NCBI GenBank assembly: GCA_942490825.1 | Contig: CALNYG010000013.1 | Coordinates: forward strand, 55,311-119,310 | Origin: Candidatus Moraniibacteriota bacterium | GTDB taxonomy: Bacteria; Patescibacteriota; Minisyncoccia; Moranbacterales; GCA-2747515 | Direction of reading: 5' to 3' | Length of the DNA stretch: 64,000 nt | Shown here: positions 53,923 through 63,355 of the stretch, one piece after another | Numbering within the stretch: the stretch's first letter is position 1 | Layout of the letters: each line of letters starts with the position of its first letter | Position numbers and translations under genes: made by a program | The notes under the pieces: model-generated | Told to the model about the DNA's origin: nothing | What the model saw: only the letters and a program-made list of their open reading frames with translations | The model's database searches: none

Positions 53923-55032
53923 ATGTCAAAAATAAAAACATCACAGCGGGCAGAAAAAATGTCGGTGAGTGGTATCAGGCGTGTTTTTGAATTGTCTCAG
54001 AGTATGAAAGATACGATTGATTTAAGTATTGGAAAGCCTGATTTTGCAGTACCTGAGATTATTAAAGAAAAAGCCAAACAAGCGATTGACGCTGATCTTA
54101 ATTCATATTCTTTAACAACTGGTATTCCAGAATTACGTCAGGCAGTTGCTCAGAAATTACGTGATAAAAATAAAATTAATGCTAGTGAAGATGAAATTAT
54201 AATTACTTCTGCGGTTTCAGGCGGCATGAGTATTATTTTACCTGTTCTAATTGATCCAGGAGATGAAGTGATTATATTTGATCCATATTTTGTTTCTTAT
54301 AAACAACTAGTATCTTTGTATAATGGCGTTCCAATTATTGTACCAAAAAATGATAATTTTTCACTGAATATTGACTGGTTGCAAAATGCAATTACTGATA
54401 AAACAAAAATAATTATTATCAATTCGCCAGAAAATCCAACAGGACATGTTTGGAGTAAGGATGAATTGAGACAAGTTATTGTGTTAGCTAAAAAATATGA
54501 TCTAACAATTATTTCTGATGAAATTTACGAAGACTTTATTTATGAGGATGATTGCCCACATATTTCACCAGCTTCATTATATGATAAAGTTGTAACTTTA
54601 AATGGTTTTTCTAAATCTCATTCAATGACAGGTTGGCGAGTTGGATATTTGCACGCACCAAAAGAAATTATTGAACAAGCTATTAAGGTGCAACAGTATA
54701 CTTTCGTCTGTGCTCCAACTCCTTTTCAATACGCAGCTCTGAGTGCGTTTGACTGCGATATTTTAGAATACGTAGCTGATTATAAGGAGCGAAGAGATAT
54801 GTTGTATTTGGCGTTGTCTAAAAAGTATGAAATTGTGCAATCACAAGGTGCTTTTTATTTTTTTGTAAAATATCCTAGTGATCCAGATAAATTCATTCAG
54901 TCTTGTTTGGATAATGATTTATTGGTTGTTCCAGGGAATGTATTTAGTGAAAAAAATAATTATTTTCGTATTTCCTTCGCTGCTTCAAAAGAAAATATTA
55001 AAAGGGCTATTGAGGTTTTTGAAAGGCTTTAA
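53923..55032 (+). CDS. class I/II pyridoxal-phosphate-dependent aminotransferase (aspartate aminotransferase-like)
   Basis: INSPENPTG, and NGFSKSHSMTGWRVGY (PLP-lysine motif). ATG 53923 is preferred over the track's TTG at 53896. Confidence 0.85.
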   Translation: MSKIKTSQRAEKMSVSGIRRVFELSQSMKDTIDLSIGKPDFAVPEIIKEKAKQAIDADLNSYSLTTGIPELRQAVAQKLRDKNKINASEDEIIITSAVSGGMSIILPVLIDPGDEVIIFDPYFVSYKQLVSLYNGVPIIVPKNDNFSLNIDWLQNAITDKTKIIIINSPENPTGHVWSKDELRQVIVLAKKYDLTIISDEIYEDFIYEDDCPHISPASLYDKVVTLNGFSKSHSMTGWRVGYLHAPKEIIEQAIKVQQYTFVCAPTPFQYAALSAFDCDILEYVADYKERRDMLYLALSKKYEIVQSQGAFYFFVKYPSDPDKFIQSCLDNDLLVVPGNVFSEKNNYFRISFAASKENIKRAIEVFERL

Positions 55033-55161
55033 AATATTTTTGTAGAAATGTTGGTTTATTGTGTCTGAATATGTTGTATGATTTAGGTTTATTTGAATTC
55101 TGTGACAAGTCTTGATTTTTTCCGTAGTTTTGATATTATAGACTGTATTGAAGTGATTTTT

Positions 55162-55233
55162 GGTCCCATCGTCTAGCGGCTAGGACGCCAGGTTCTCATC
55201 CTGGAAACCGGAGTTCGATTCTCCGTGGGATCA
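55162..55233 (+). tRNA. tRNA-Glu (anticodon CTC)
   Basis: Acceptor GGTCCCA/TGGGATC, D-arm GTCTAGCGGCTAGGAC, anticodon stem CCAGG/CCTGG with loop TTCTCAT, T-loop GTTCGATTC. Confidence 0.88.
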
Positions 55234-55490
55234 CACATTAATATAAAAGGATAGATTTTTCTTACCTGTTTTCTATGTTTTATTAGTTTAAAATAAATTT
55301 TAAAAATTTATTTTAATTTGAATAATATTCTAAAAATTTTATAAAATCTTTTGTGGATATCTTCAGAAGTGCAGTACTTTTTAGTAAATGAAAAAGAAGA
55401 AGTCCATGGTCAAAAATTTCTTTATTGATGATGACTGATAGAAATATTATATTTTATTTAAAATGATTAATTTGAATATCTCCAAGAAGA

Positions 55491-56603
55491 TCAATCCAAA
55501 ATTCCAAATTCATAGGCGTCCATTAAATTTAAAATAGCATGTTGATTTCTATCTACTCGCATATTTTTTGAAGTTTCACTACCTAAAATTCCACCAATTG
55601 CTGCTTTAGGATATTTAGCTTCATTAGTTAATTGAATAGATAAAATATAATCAGCAGCCTCTTTAGAAAAGTTTTTATAACATTCCTTTTTCTCTCTTTC
55701 TGCTAGGTCGTAAGCCATATTAACTCCTTCAGCATGAACAGCAATTACACTGTTAGTTATATTAAATTCAGAACATTTTCCTTTTGGTTTATATGAATTG
55801 AGCATAAAATCATTCATTTCAAAAATAAATTTTTTTACATCTTCGTTTCCAGTAGCTTTATAAAATTTATAGTAAGCTCGACTTTGCCAAGGCGTAAAAG
55901 CAGTATTTGGATTTGCTTTCCAATATTCAGTATAAAAAGGAAAAGCTTTCTCTACAGTTTCTAGATATTTTTCATTTCCATTATATTCATATAATGACAT
56001 TAGAGCCAGGAGTGCTTCTCCTGGATAATAATCTATACCAGTAGCTCGATCAGAAAAAAAGAAAGTCTTCAATCCGCCATGTGATTCTTGTTGATAAATA
56101 ATTCCATTAGCTAATTTTTCTAGTAGATAATTTTTATTAGGATGATCAATTTCCAAAAGAGTTAAAATTGAAAATGCGTTGTAACCTAATTTGATATCGT
56201 CTGGAATTATATCTACATATATAAAATCATCTCCTTCAACATATTCAAAACTGTTTTCAAAATAATTAAATCCTTTTTTGGACAAATTCATTAATTCTTC
56301 ATCTTCAAAATAATTTGCTGCTTTTGCGATAGACCAAAGAGCTCCAGATTCTCTGAGTCGGTGATGTTTTTCAGAATGCTTATTTTCATAGGGGAAATAT
56401 TGATAGTGAATAAAATTTTCATCTTGGTTATTTACAAACCATTGAGCACTAAGTTCAATCGCTTCAACATAAGGATCATTATTGGGGGTTGCTATTATTT
56501 GAGCATCATTTTTAAATGTATTAAAAATAAGTTGATATGTTAGTAATGTAATTGCGAGAAGCGAACAAAAAATTGTGAACTTCCATTGTTTTATAATTTC
56601 CAT
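55491..56603 (-). CDS. membrane-anchored protein, possibly an alpha/alpha-toroid (six-hairpin) fold
   Basis: N-terminal TM segment. Repeated aromatic-rich helical hairpin-like segments (YYPGEALLALMSLYEYNG, WQSRAYYKFYKATG). Assignment is weak. Confidence 0.35.
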   Translation of the reverse strand: MEIIKQWKFTIFCSLLAITLLTYQLIFNTFKNDAQIIATPNNDPYVEAIELSAQWFVNNQDENFIHYQYFPYENKHSEKHHRLRESGALWSIAKAANYFEDEELMNLSKKGFNYFENSFEYVEGDDFIYVDIIPDDIKLGYNAFSILTLLEIDHPNKNYLLEKLANGIIYQQESHGGLKTFFFSDRATGIDYYPGEALLALMSLYEYNGNEKYLETVEKAFPFYTEYWKANPNTAFTPWQSRAYYKFYKATGNEDVKKFIFEMNDFMLNSYKPKGKCSEFNITNSVIAVHAEGVNMAYDLAEREKKECYKNFSKEAADYILSIQLTNEAKYPKAAIGGILGSETSKNMRVDRNQHAILNLMDAYEFGILD

Positions 56604-56697
56604 TTATTGTATTTATTAATCTTTGTTAAGGCTGGTTTATCAATATCTTTATCTTTTATATTATACTATATTTCATATCATAGAGATACTAGGTGAT

Positions 56698-56719
56698 AAA
56701 AAGCCCGTGCGGCGAGCAC
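56698..56719 (+). repeat. GC-rich intergenic repeat, copy 6 (AAAAAGCCCGTGCGGCGAGCAC)
   Basis: Read directly. Lies in a divergent intergenic region. Confidence 0.8.
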
Positions 56720-56735
56720 TATTTTGTTTTAAACC

Positions 56736-56763
56736 TTGAATTAATCTCAATAAGTAGTATAAT
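56736..56763 (+). promoter_or_regulatory. sigma70-type promoter candidate for the 56802 gene
   Basis: TTGAAT, 16-nt spacer, TATAAT. Confidence 0.5.
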
Positions 56764-56801
56764 TACTTTGAGGAGCTAGATAATTTTGAATACTTTTACT
56801 T

Positions 56802-57404
56802 ATGACAGAAATTTTAGAAAATATATTTAAGTCTAAATATCAATTACGTTTGATGCGTTTTTTTGTTTTGAACCCAGAGAAAACAATATCTACGATTGAA
56901 TTGAGAGATAAGTTGCACATTGATGGACGAACAATTTTGAGTGAAATGAGATCTTTATTAAAGATTGGTTTTGTGAAACAAGTTAGTCGGAAAAAACAAA
57001 AGTTTTATACATTTAATGAAACTTTTCCGTATTTTACAGAATTTCAAAATCTTTTTATAAAAGCTAATACTTATCCTCAATGTAAAGAACTTGCGAGTTT
57101 GAAGAAAGTTGGAAGGGTAAAATTGATTATTATTGGTGGAATTTTTGTTAATTATACAAAAGCACGTTTAGATGTTTTGATTGTATGTGATGATATGAGT
57201 CGAACAAAATTAAAGAATTCAATTTCTATTATTGAAGCTGAGATCGGGAAAGAAGTTCGATACATGGCAATTAGTAGTGAAGAATTTAATTATCGCTTAG
57301 ATATGATGGATCGATTTATTATTGAGCTTTTGTCTTCTCCGCATGATATTTTACTTAATAAAGTACCAAAATTGAAAGGATTTATTGTAAATCTTAAAAA
57401 ATAG
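56802..57404 (+). CDS. hypothetical protein with an N-terminal winged-helix-like domain
   Basis: LRLMRFFVLNPEKTISTIELRDKLHIDGRTILSEMRSLLKIGFVKQ looks like a wHTH. The C-terminal half is unassigned. Confidence 0.4.
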   Translation: MTEILENIFKSKYQLRLMRFFVLNPEKTISTIELRDKLHIDGRTILSEMRSLLKIGFVKQVSRKKQKFYTFNETFPYFTEFQNLFIKANTYPQCKELASLKKVGRVKLIIIGGIFVNYTKARLDVLIVCDDMSRTKLKNSISIIEAEIGKEVRYMAISSEEFNYRLDMMDRFIIELLSSPHDILLNKVPKLKGFIVNLKK

Positions 57405-57412
57405 TTTGCTAT

Positions 57413-58510
57413 ATGTCTACGTTTATTATTGTTGGACTTCTTGTTTTAATTGCGGTTCTTATTATTTTTAATATTAAGATTGTTTTACAGGGAAAAGAAG
57501 ATTCTGGTAAAGATGTTCGATTGGGCGTAATTGAAAAACAATTGGATGGTATTACACAGAGCGGTGATAAGATGCGAGAAGTCATGGATAATAAATTAGA
57601 ATTTATTCATAAGTCAGGGCAAAATCAATTTCGTGAAGCACGTGAAATTATTGGTGAGATTACTAGAAGGTCTGATAAATTGATTGAAAATGTAAATGAA
57701 AAATTAGGAAGTTTAGATAAGACTAATCAGAAAATCGTTGACTTTTCTTCGCAATTACAAAATTTACAAGATATTTTAAAAAATCCAAAACAGCGAGGTG
57801 TTTTAGGTGAATTTATTTTAGAACAGGTTTTAGGTAATGTTCTTCCGCCAGATTCTTATCAAATGCAGTATGGTTTTAAAAATGGAGTTATTGTGGATGC
57901 AGCGGTTTTTGTTAAAGATAAAGTTATTCCGATTGATTCAAAATTTTCTTTGGAAAATTATGAAAGAATTATTTATGCTAAACCTGAAGATGATATTGTG
58001 TCTTTGGAAAAAAAGTTTAAACAAGATTTGAAAAATAGGATTGATGAAACTTCTAAATATATTAAACCAGAAGAAGGAACGACTGAATTTGCGTTTATGT
58101 TTATTCCATCAGAGTCAATTTATTATGATTTGTTAGTAAATAAGGTTGGTGTTGCAGGTGTAGACACTCAGAACATGATTGAATATGCCTTTATTAAAAA
58201 ACATGTTGTAATAGTTTCACCAACTTCATTTCTTGCTTATTTACAAACAGTTTTACAGGGATTAAAGGCAATGGAAATTGAAAGTAATGCAAAAGAGATT
58301 CGGACTCGAGTTGATCAATTAAGTCGTCATTGGCGTGTTTTTGACTCGTATGCGGATAAATTAGGTAAAACGTTAACGACTACAGTTAATCATTATAATC
58401 ATATGTACAAGGAGTTAGGTAAGGTTGATAGGGATGTTATGCGAATCACTGAACGAAAAGATAAATCTGTTAATCCTGAAAAAATTGATAAGCCACAGAT
58501 GGATATTTAA
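57413..58510 (+). CDS. rmuC: DNA recombination protein RmuC
   Basis: N-terminal TM segment plus coiled-coil, then NPKQRGVLGEFILEQVL...FAFMFIPSESIYYDLL, typical of the RmuC family. Confidence 0.8.
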   Translation: MSTFIIVGLLVLIAVLIIFNIKIVLQGKEDSGKDVRLGVIEKQLDGITQSGDKMREVMDNKLEFIHKSGQNQFREAREIIGEITRRSDKLIENVNEKLGSLDKTNQKIVDFSSQLQNLQDILKNPKQRGVLGEFILEQVLGNVLPPDSYQMQYGFKNGVIVDAAVFVKDKVIPIDSKFSLENYERIIYAKPEDDIVSLEKKFKQDLKNRIDETSKYIKPEEGTTEFAFMFIPSESIYYDLLVNKVGVAGVDTQNMIEYAFIKKHVVIVSPTSFLAYLQTVLQGLKAMEIESNAKEIRTRVDQLSRHWRVFDSYADKLGKTLTTTVNHYNHMYKELGKVDRDVMRITERKDKSVNPEKIDKPQMDI

Positions 58511-58616
58511 TTTAGATATTTAGATTTGTAGAATGTTAGATTTTTAGAAATACAATAATATTATATTGTATTTGAAACATGTGATTAGTATCTTATAATT
58601 TATTTATTTTAAAAAC

Positions 58617-59003
58617 ATGATGAACAATCAACAACAATTAAATCAGGATCCTTTGCAAAATGTTTCTTTTTGGAATAATGCGATTGTGCATTGGATGATC
58701 ATTGCTAATGTTGTTTTAAATCTGGGTGTGGTGGTTTTACTAGCTTTTTATGTTCACCCGTCTGATGTCTTGATTAAATTACAATATAATGTTTTTTTTG
58801 GAACTAGTTTGCATGTGGAATGGTGGAAGACTTATTCTTTGCCGTTAGTTGGAATGGTATTTTTTGTTATTGACTTATTGATAGGAAATGTGCTTTATTA
58901 TACAAAGGAGAGAATTGCTGCTTATATTATTCTTTTGGGTGCGTTGTTCGCTCATATTGCTTTAGCAATTGCAGCTTTGAGCATTGTTTTGAATAATTTT
59001 TAG
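58617..59003 (+). CDS. hypothetical integral membrane protein
   Basis: Four predicted hydrophobic segments. No family recognised. Confidence 0.4.
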   Translation: MMNNQQQLNQDPLQNVSFWNNAIVHWMIIANVVLNLGVVVLLAFYVHPSDVLIKLQYNVFFGTSLHVEWWKTYSLPLVGMVFFVIDLLIGNVLYYTKERIAAYIILLGALFAHIALAIAALSIVLNNF

Positions 59004-59009
59004 TTTTAT

Positions 59010-59663
59010 ATGAAGCTACTTTTAACATCTGGAGGAATTAGTAACAAATCAATAGAACTAGCTTTAGAAGATTTAGCAGGTAAACCATTAAAAAAATTAA
59101 ATGTTGCTTTTATTCCGACAGCTTCACATTGGGAGAGTGGAGATAAAAGTTGGTTAATTGGAGATTTGGTAATTTGTCAGAGAATTTTTAAGTCTGTTGA
59201 TATTGTTGATATAGCTGTTTTGCCACAAGAAAAGTGGAAAGATCGTTTAAGCGATGCAGATGTTATTTTTATTGAAGGCGGAAATACAGGTTTTTTGAGT
59301 TATTGGATGTATAAATCAGAATTTAATATTTATTTAGATAAAATACTTAGTCAAAAAATTTATGTTGGGGTTAGTGCTGGATCGATGATAATAGGTAAAA
59401 ATATACTTCTTGATTATTCTGAATTACTTTATGGTGAAGTTACTGAAAAATGGATGAATGAAAGATCTATTCCAATTTTAAATTTTTCTATCATACCGCA
59501 TTACAAATCTAATTATTTTGTAAATATTAATGATTTTAATTTACAGAAAATTATAAAAGAAACAGGTGAGGTGATTTATGCATTAGATGATAATTCAGCA
59601 ATAAAAGTTGAAGATGAAAAAATAGAGGTTATTTCAGAAGGAGAATGGAAAAAGTTTAAATAA
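59010..59663 (+). CDS. peptidase S51 (dipeptidase E-like) family protein
   Basis: LLLTSGG...FIPTAS...IFIEGGNT...YVGVSAGSMI (Ser nucleophile context). Confidence 0.7.
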   Translation: MKLLLTSGGISNKSIELALEDLAGKPLKKLNVAFIPTASHWESGDKSWLIGDLVICQRIFKSVDIVDIAVLPQEKWKDRLSDADVIFIEGGNTGFLSYWMYKSEFNIYLDKILSQKIYVGVSAGSMIIGKNILLDYSELLYGEVTEKWMNERSIPILNFSIIPHYKSNYFVNINDFNLQKIIKETGEVIYALDDNSAIKVEDEKIEVISEGEWKKFK

Positions 59664-59676
59664 TAATTTTTTAAAT

Positions 59677-61371
59677 ATGGATAAAACAACCTTTAAATTC
59701 CCAAGTCCAAAGACAACCGTGCCGAGTGAAAAAAAAGCACAAAGAATGTTGGAAGTAATTCCAGCCATTTTAACATGGTCAACTTTAATCGGAATGGTCG
59801 TTTTTTCTTATCTACTGCCAGTATGGATGGCAGTTTTTATAATTGCTTTTGATATATATTGGATTCACAGAACTATTTTCATTTCTTATTATTCAGTCAA
59901 GGCTTATTTTCAGTTGAAAGAAGGTCAGAGAATAGATTGGTTTGAGAGGTGTTCACATGTAAATGAAGTGGAAGATTACAAACAGGAAATTGCCAAAAGA
60001 ATTGTTGATAATGAAAATTTATTAGCAATGATTCATCGTAAAAAATATAAAAAAGAATTAAAACAAGCTATTGATTCAGACAGGAAGTTTCTACAAGAAT
60101 TGAAAAAAATTAACGGTGAAGACGTGATGGATTGGCGGGATATTATTCATGTAGTAGCTTTGCCTACAGCCATAGAGAATGCGGAAAATATTGATCCTGC
60201 TATTGAATCTATTCAAAATAGTATTTTTCCAAATGAACAAATCATTATTCTTTTAGCAACAGAGGAGCGTGAAGATGAGGAAAAACGTATGAAAAAAGTT
60301 AATTTTTTGAAAGAGAAATACGAGGGAGTTTTTAAGGATTTTATAGTTACAACTCATGAAGTGGCTGATGGCGAAATGAAATGTAAGGCTTCTAATATGA
60401 CTTATGCAGCTAGAAAACTTCAAAAATATTTTGATGAAAATGATATTGATTATGAGCGTGTAATCCTTTCTAATTTCGATTGTGAGACTATTACTCATCC
60501 TCAATTTTTAGCAGCTTTAACTTATGCTTACATTATTGAGCCCGATCGATTAAAAAGGGCATATCAGCCAATCCCTCTTTATCATAATAATATTTGGGAC
60601 ACAAATGCTTTTGTTCGAGTGATTGTAACTAGTTCTAGTTTTTGGCATATGTTTCAAACTACTCGAAAAGAAATGGTTACTTTTTCTTCTCATTCAGAAC
60701 CTTTTGCGACTTTAGTTAAATTTGATTTTTGGCCGGTTAATATGATCAGTGAGGACTCAATTATTTATTGGAAGGGTTATAGTTATTATAATAGCGAATA
60801 TTATGTTCGACCAATTCATCTACCAGTTTCAATGGATGCTGTTTTAGCGGAAACTTATTGGGAAACTCTTAAAAATCAGTATAAACAAAAGCGTCGTTGG
60901 GCGTATGGTATTGAGAATTTCCCGATTATTATGCGAGCTATTTGGCCAAATAAAAAAATTAAATTATTCGAAAAATTGCGAGTGGCTTTCGAGATGTTAG
61001 AAGGTCATCATTCATGGGCAACAGCTCCATTTATTTTAGCTTTATTAGGATGGTTACCTTTAATTTTTGGTGGATCAGAATTTAATCAGAGTACACTTGC
61101 TCATAACCTGCCGTTGATTACTCGTTTGTTAATGACTTTAGCGATGAGTGGTTTAATTGTTTCAGTGGCACTTTCATTCTTTCTTTTGCCTAAGCGACCT
61201 GAACATCATTCACGAAAACGATATATTTATATGATGTTGCAGTGGCTTTTAGTTCCAATTATTGCACCAACTTTAGGAGCGATGCCAGCGATTGAATCTC
61301 AAACTAGAATTTTATTTAAAAAATATTTTACGGAATTTTGGGTTACAGATAAGATTAAAAAGAAACAATAG
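59677..61371 (+). CDS. membrane-embedded family 2 glycosyltransferase (processive synthase-like)
   Basis: N- and C-terminal TM bundles around a cytoplasmic GT-A-like region. QKRRWAYG matches the Q(Q/R)xRW motif of cellulose/chitin/hyaluronan-type synthases. Confidence 0.6.
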   Translation: MDKTTFKFPSPKTTVPSEKKAQRMLEVIPAILTWSTLIGMVVFSYLLPVWMAVFIIAFDIYWIHRTIFISYYSVKAYFQLKEGQRIDWFERCSHVNEVEDYKQEIAKRIVDNENLLAMIHRKKYKKELKQAIDSDRKFLQELKKINGEDVMDWRDIIHVVALPTAIENAENIDPAIESIQNSIFPNEQIIILLATEEREDEEKRMKKVNFLKEKYEGVFKDFIVTTHEVADGEMKCKASNMTYAARKLQKYFDENDIDYERVILSNFDCETITHPQFLAALTYAYIIEPDRLKRAYQPIPLYHNNIWDTNAFVRVIVTSSSFWHMFQTTRKEMVTFSSHSEPFATLVKFDFWPVNMISEDSIIYWKGYSYYNSEYYVRPIHLPVSMDAVLAETYWETLKNQYKQKRRWAYGIENFPIIMRAIWPNKKIKLFEKLRVAFEMLEGHHSWATAPFILALLGWLPLIFGGSEFNQSTLAHNLPLITRLLMTLAMSGLIVSVALSFFLLPKRPEHHSRKRYIYMMLQWLLVPIIAPTLGAMPAIESQTRILFKKYFTEFWVTDKIKKKQ

Positions 61372-61465
61372 GTTTGTATTTTTTGTTAGTGTCGTTATTT
61401 TGATGCGAAAAAACTCAGTAAGTTTTTTTATTATTTTAGTTTTAAATTTTAATGATATTTTTTGG

Positions 61466-61521
61466 GGGATTCTTCACTTCATAAATTTATCTATGTTAAA
61501 TTTATTACGTTCAGAATGACA
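61466..61521 (+). repeat. ~56-nt intergenic element, copy A
   Basis: GGGATTCTTCACTTCATAA...TTCAGAATGACA. Its termini are identical to the reverse complement of 62644-62700. Confidence 0.75.
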
Positions 61522-61575
61522 GGTGACTTAAGGGTTTTAAATTTCATAAATCTTAAATCGTAAATCTTCAGGGGT

Positions 61576-62609
61576 ATGTTTCAATTTTACGGATTACCAT
61601 TCGTGATTTCTTTTTTTATTTCAATATCTTTTTGCTTTGTTTTAGTTTATTTTTTTAAAAAAAATAATTGTCAGAATGTTCGCGAAAGCGTAAGGCATAT
61701 TCATGACAATAAACAAATTTCGCGTTTCGGTGGAGCAACGATTATTTTTTCATTTGTTTTAATTTTATTTTTAAATAAAGATATAGTTTTTGATCATCTA
61801 ACTTTAGTAATGTTGATTGGGTTGGTGATAATTTTTATTTTAGGTGTGATTGATGATGTTTGGGAACTAAATTGGAAAATTCAACTTTTTTTTCAAATCA
61901 TAATTATTTTTTTGATTTTTCATTATGGTATCCAAATTGAATTTATTACAAATCCTTTTGGTGGGTTAATTCTATTTAATTCATTAGTTAGCTTTATTTT
62001 TACTTTAATTTGGATGTTAGTTATTATTAACATTGTTAATTGGAGTGATGGAGTAGATGGGTTAATGGGTGGAATTATATTTTTTGCTTCAATTGCTTTA
62101 TTTTTTCTTTCTTTGAGACCCGAAGTAAATCAACCTCCATTAGCTATTATTTCAATCGTATTGTCAGGAAGTATCTTAGGATTTTTAGTTTTAATTTTCC
62201 GCCAGCTAAAATTTTTGCAGGAACGGGAGGGTCTTTTTTTACTGGATTTTTAATTGCGATTTTAGCAATTTTTGCTGGAGCTAAAATTGGGACGACTCTC
62301 TTGGTTTTAATTGTACCACTGACAGATGCGTTATTTGTGGCTTGGCAACGGTGGAGAGAAGGAGTGTCTGTATTTGAGGCGGATACGAGGCATTTACATC
62401 ATCAATTACTTCAATTGGGCTGGTCGCAGAGAAAGATCGTTGTTTCTTATTATTTTATTACTGCTGTTGGTGTGGTCGTGGCACTTTCGACTAGTTCGGT
62501 TAATAAATTTTTTGCATTCGTTTTATTTTTTATGGCAGTTTTAATTTTTTGTTTTGTTGTGAATAGGGTAGTTGAAAAAATTGATAATAAATCAATAATA
62601 AATCAATAA
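61576..62609 (+). CDS. polyprenyl-phosphate N-acetylhexosamine-1-phosphate transferase (WecA/TagO/MraY superfamily), interrupted by a -1 frame change in a T4 run
   Basis: NIVNWSDGVDGLMGG in frame 1. From 62190, frame 0 reads FNFPPAKIFAGTGGSFFTGF...DTRHLHHQLL. Track ORFs 61576-62253 and 62301-62609 are the two parts, and the join is at T-run 62189-62192. Confidence 0.8.
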
Positions 62610-62643
62610 GATAAAAAACTAGATAGTTTTAAATAATATAATT

Positions 62644-62700
62644 TGTCATTCTGAAAGAAATAATTTTTTATTTTATAAAAATTATGTAGTGAAGAATCCC
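62644..62700 (-). repeat. ~56-nt intergenic element, copy B (inverted)
   Basis: TGTCATTCTGAA...GTGAAGAATCCC. Confidence 0.75.
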
Positions 62701-62735
62701 AATAGGTTTTTCTGATATTTTTATTTTAAAGTTTT

Positions 62736-62803
62736 GGGATTCTCTGTGGGAGATTATTCACTTCATAAAATTTTTTACAAAAATCTTGTTACGTTTAGAA
62801 TAA
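62736..62803 (+). repeat. ~56-nt intergenic element, copy C (with a 13-nt internal insertion)
   Basis: GGGATTCT[CTGTGGGAGATTA]TTCACTTCATAAA...TTACGTTTAGAATAA. Forms a long imperfect inverted repeat with copy B. Confidence 0.65.
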
Positions 62804-62827
62804 TTATGGTAATCTGAATATATTACA

Positions 62828-63265
62828 ATGAAAAAATATAGAAAAATTTTACTATTAATTTTAGTTTTGATTATTGGAGCTAGTGTGTTTTTTACTTTTT
62901 TTAAAAAGGAAGAAGTCGTTGATAAAATTAAAATAAATGATCTTGAGTTTTCTGTTGAGATTGTTAGTAATGTCCAGGAGAGGATGAAAGGTTTGAGTGG
63001 GCGAAGTGGTTTATGTGAAAATTGTGGGATGTTGTTTATTTTCGATAAAGTTGATCAATATGGTTTTTGGATGAAAGATATGAATTTTGATATTGATATT
63101 TTATGGATTAAAAACGGGGAAATTGCTTATATTGAAAAAGGTGTTTCTCATGAAACACCTGAGGTTGTTTATAATCCTAATGTTGAGAGTGCTATGGTTT
63201 TAGAATTGGATTCTAGGACAGTTGAAGAGTTTAGGATTGAGGTTGGGGATAAAATTGAGTTTTAA
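62828..63265 (+). CDS. DUF192 domain protein
   Basis: Signal/anchor segment, then GLSGR..L....GMLFIF......FWMKDM.F.IDILWI, as in DUF192. Confidence 0.7.
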   Translation: MKKYRKILLLILVLIIGASVFFTFFKKEEVVDKIKINDLEFSVEIVSNVQERMKGLSGRSGLCENCGMLFIFDKVDQYGFWMKDMNFDIDILWIKNGEIAYIEKGVSHETPEVVYNPNVESAMVLELDSRTVEEFRIEVGDKIEF

Positions 63266-63355
63266 AAAATTGAATGTATTGACAAAACTTTGAAAGTATG
63301 ATTAAATAAAGAGTCTTAGTTCTTTTAAAAAAATAAAATAGGGAGGTTTTTAGGA

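Noticed and set aside
13388-56719. CRISPR interpretation of the GC-rich repeat; its reverse complement shares CCGCACGGGC with some type I-C-like repeats
   Set aside because: The copies are 1-20 kb apart, each isolated in a different intergenic region. There is no repeat-spacer periodicity and no cas genes in the window.
61292-61519. 75-aa ORF overlapping the 3' end of the GT2 gene and repeat copy A
   Set aside because: It overlaps a well-supported gene and runs into the intergenic repeat. Its composition is typical of a spurious AT-rich frame.
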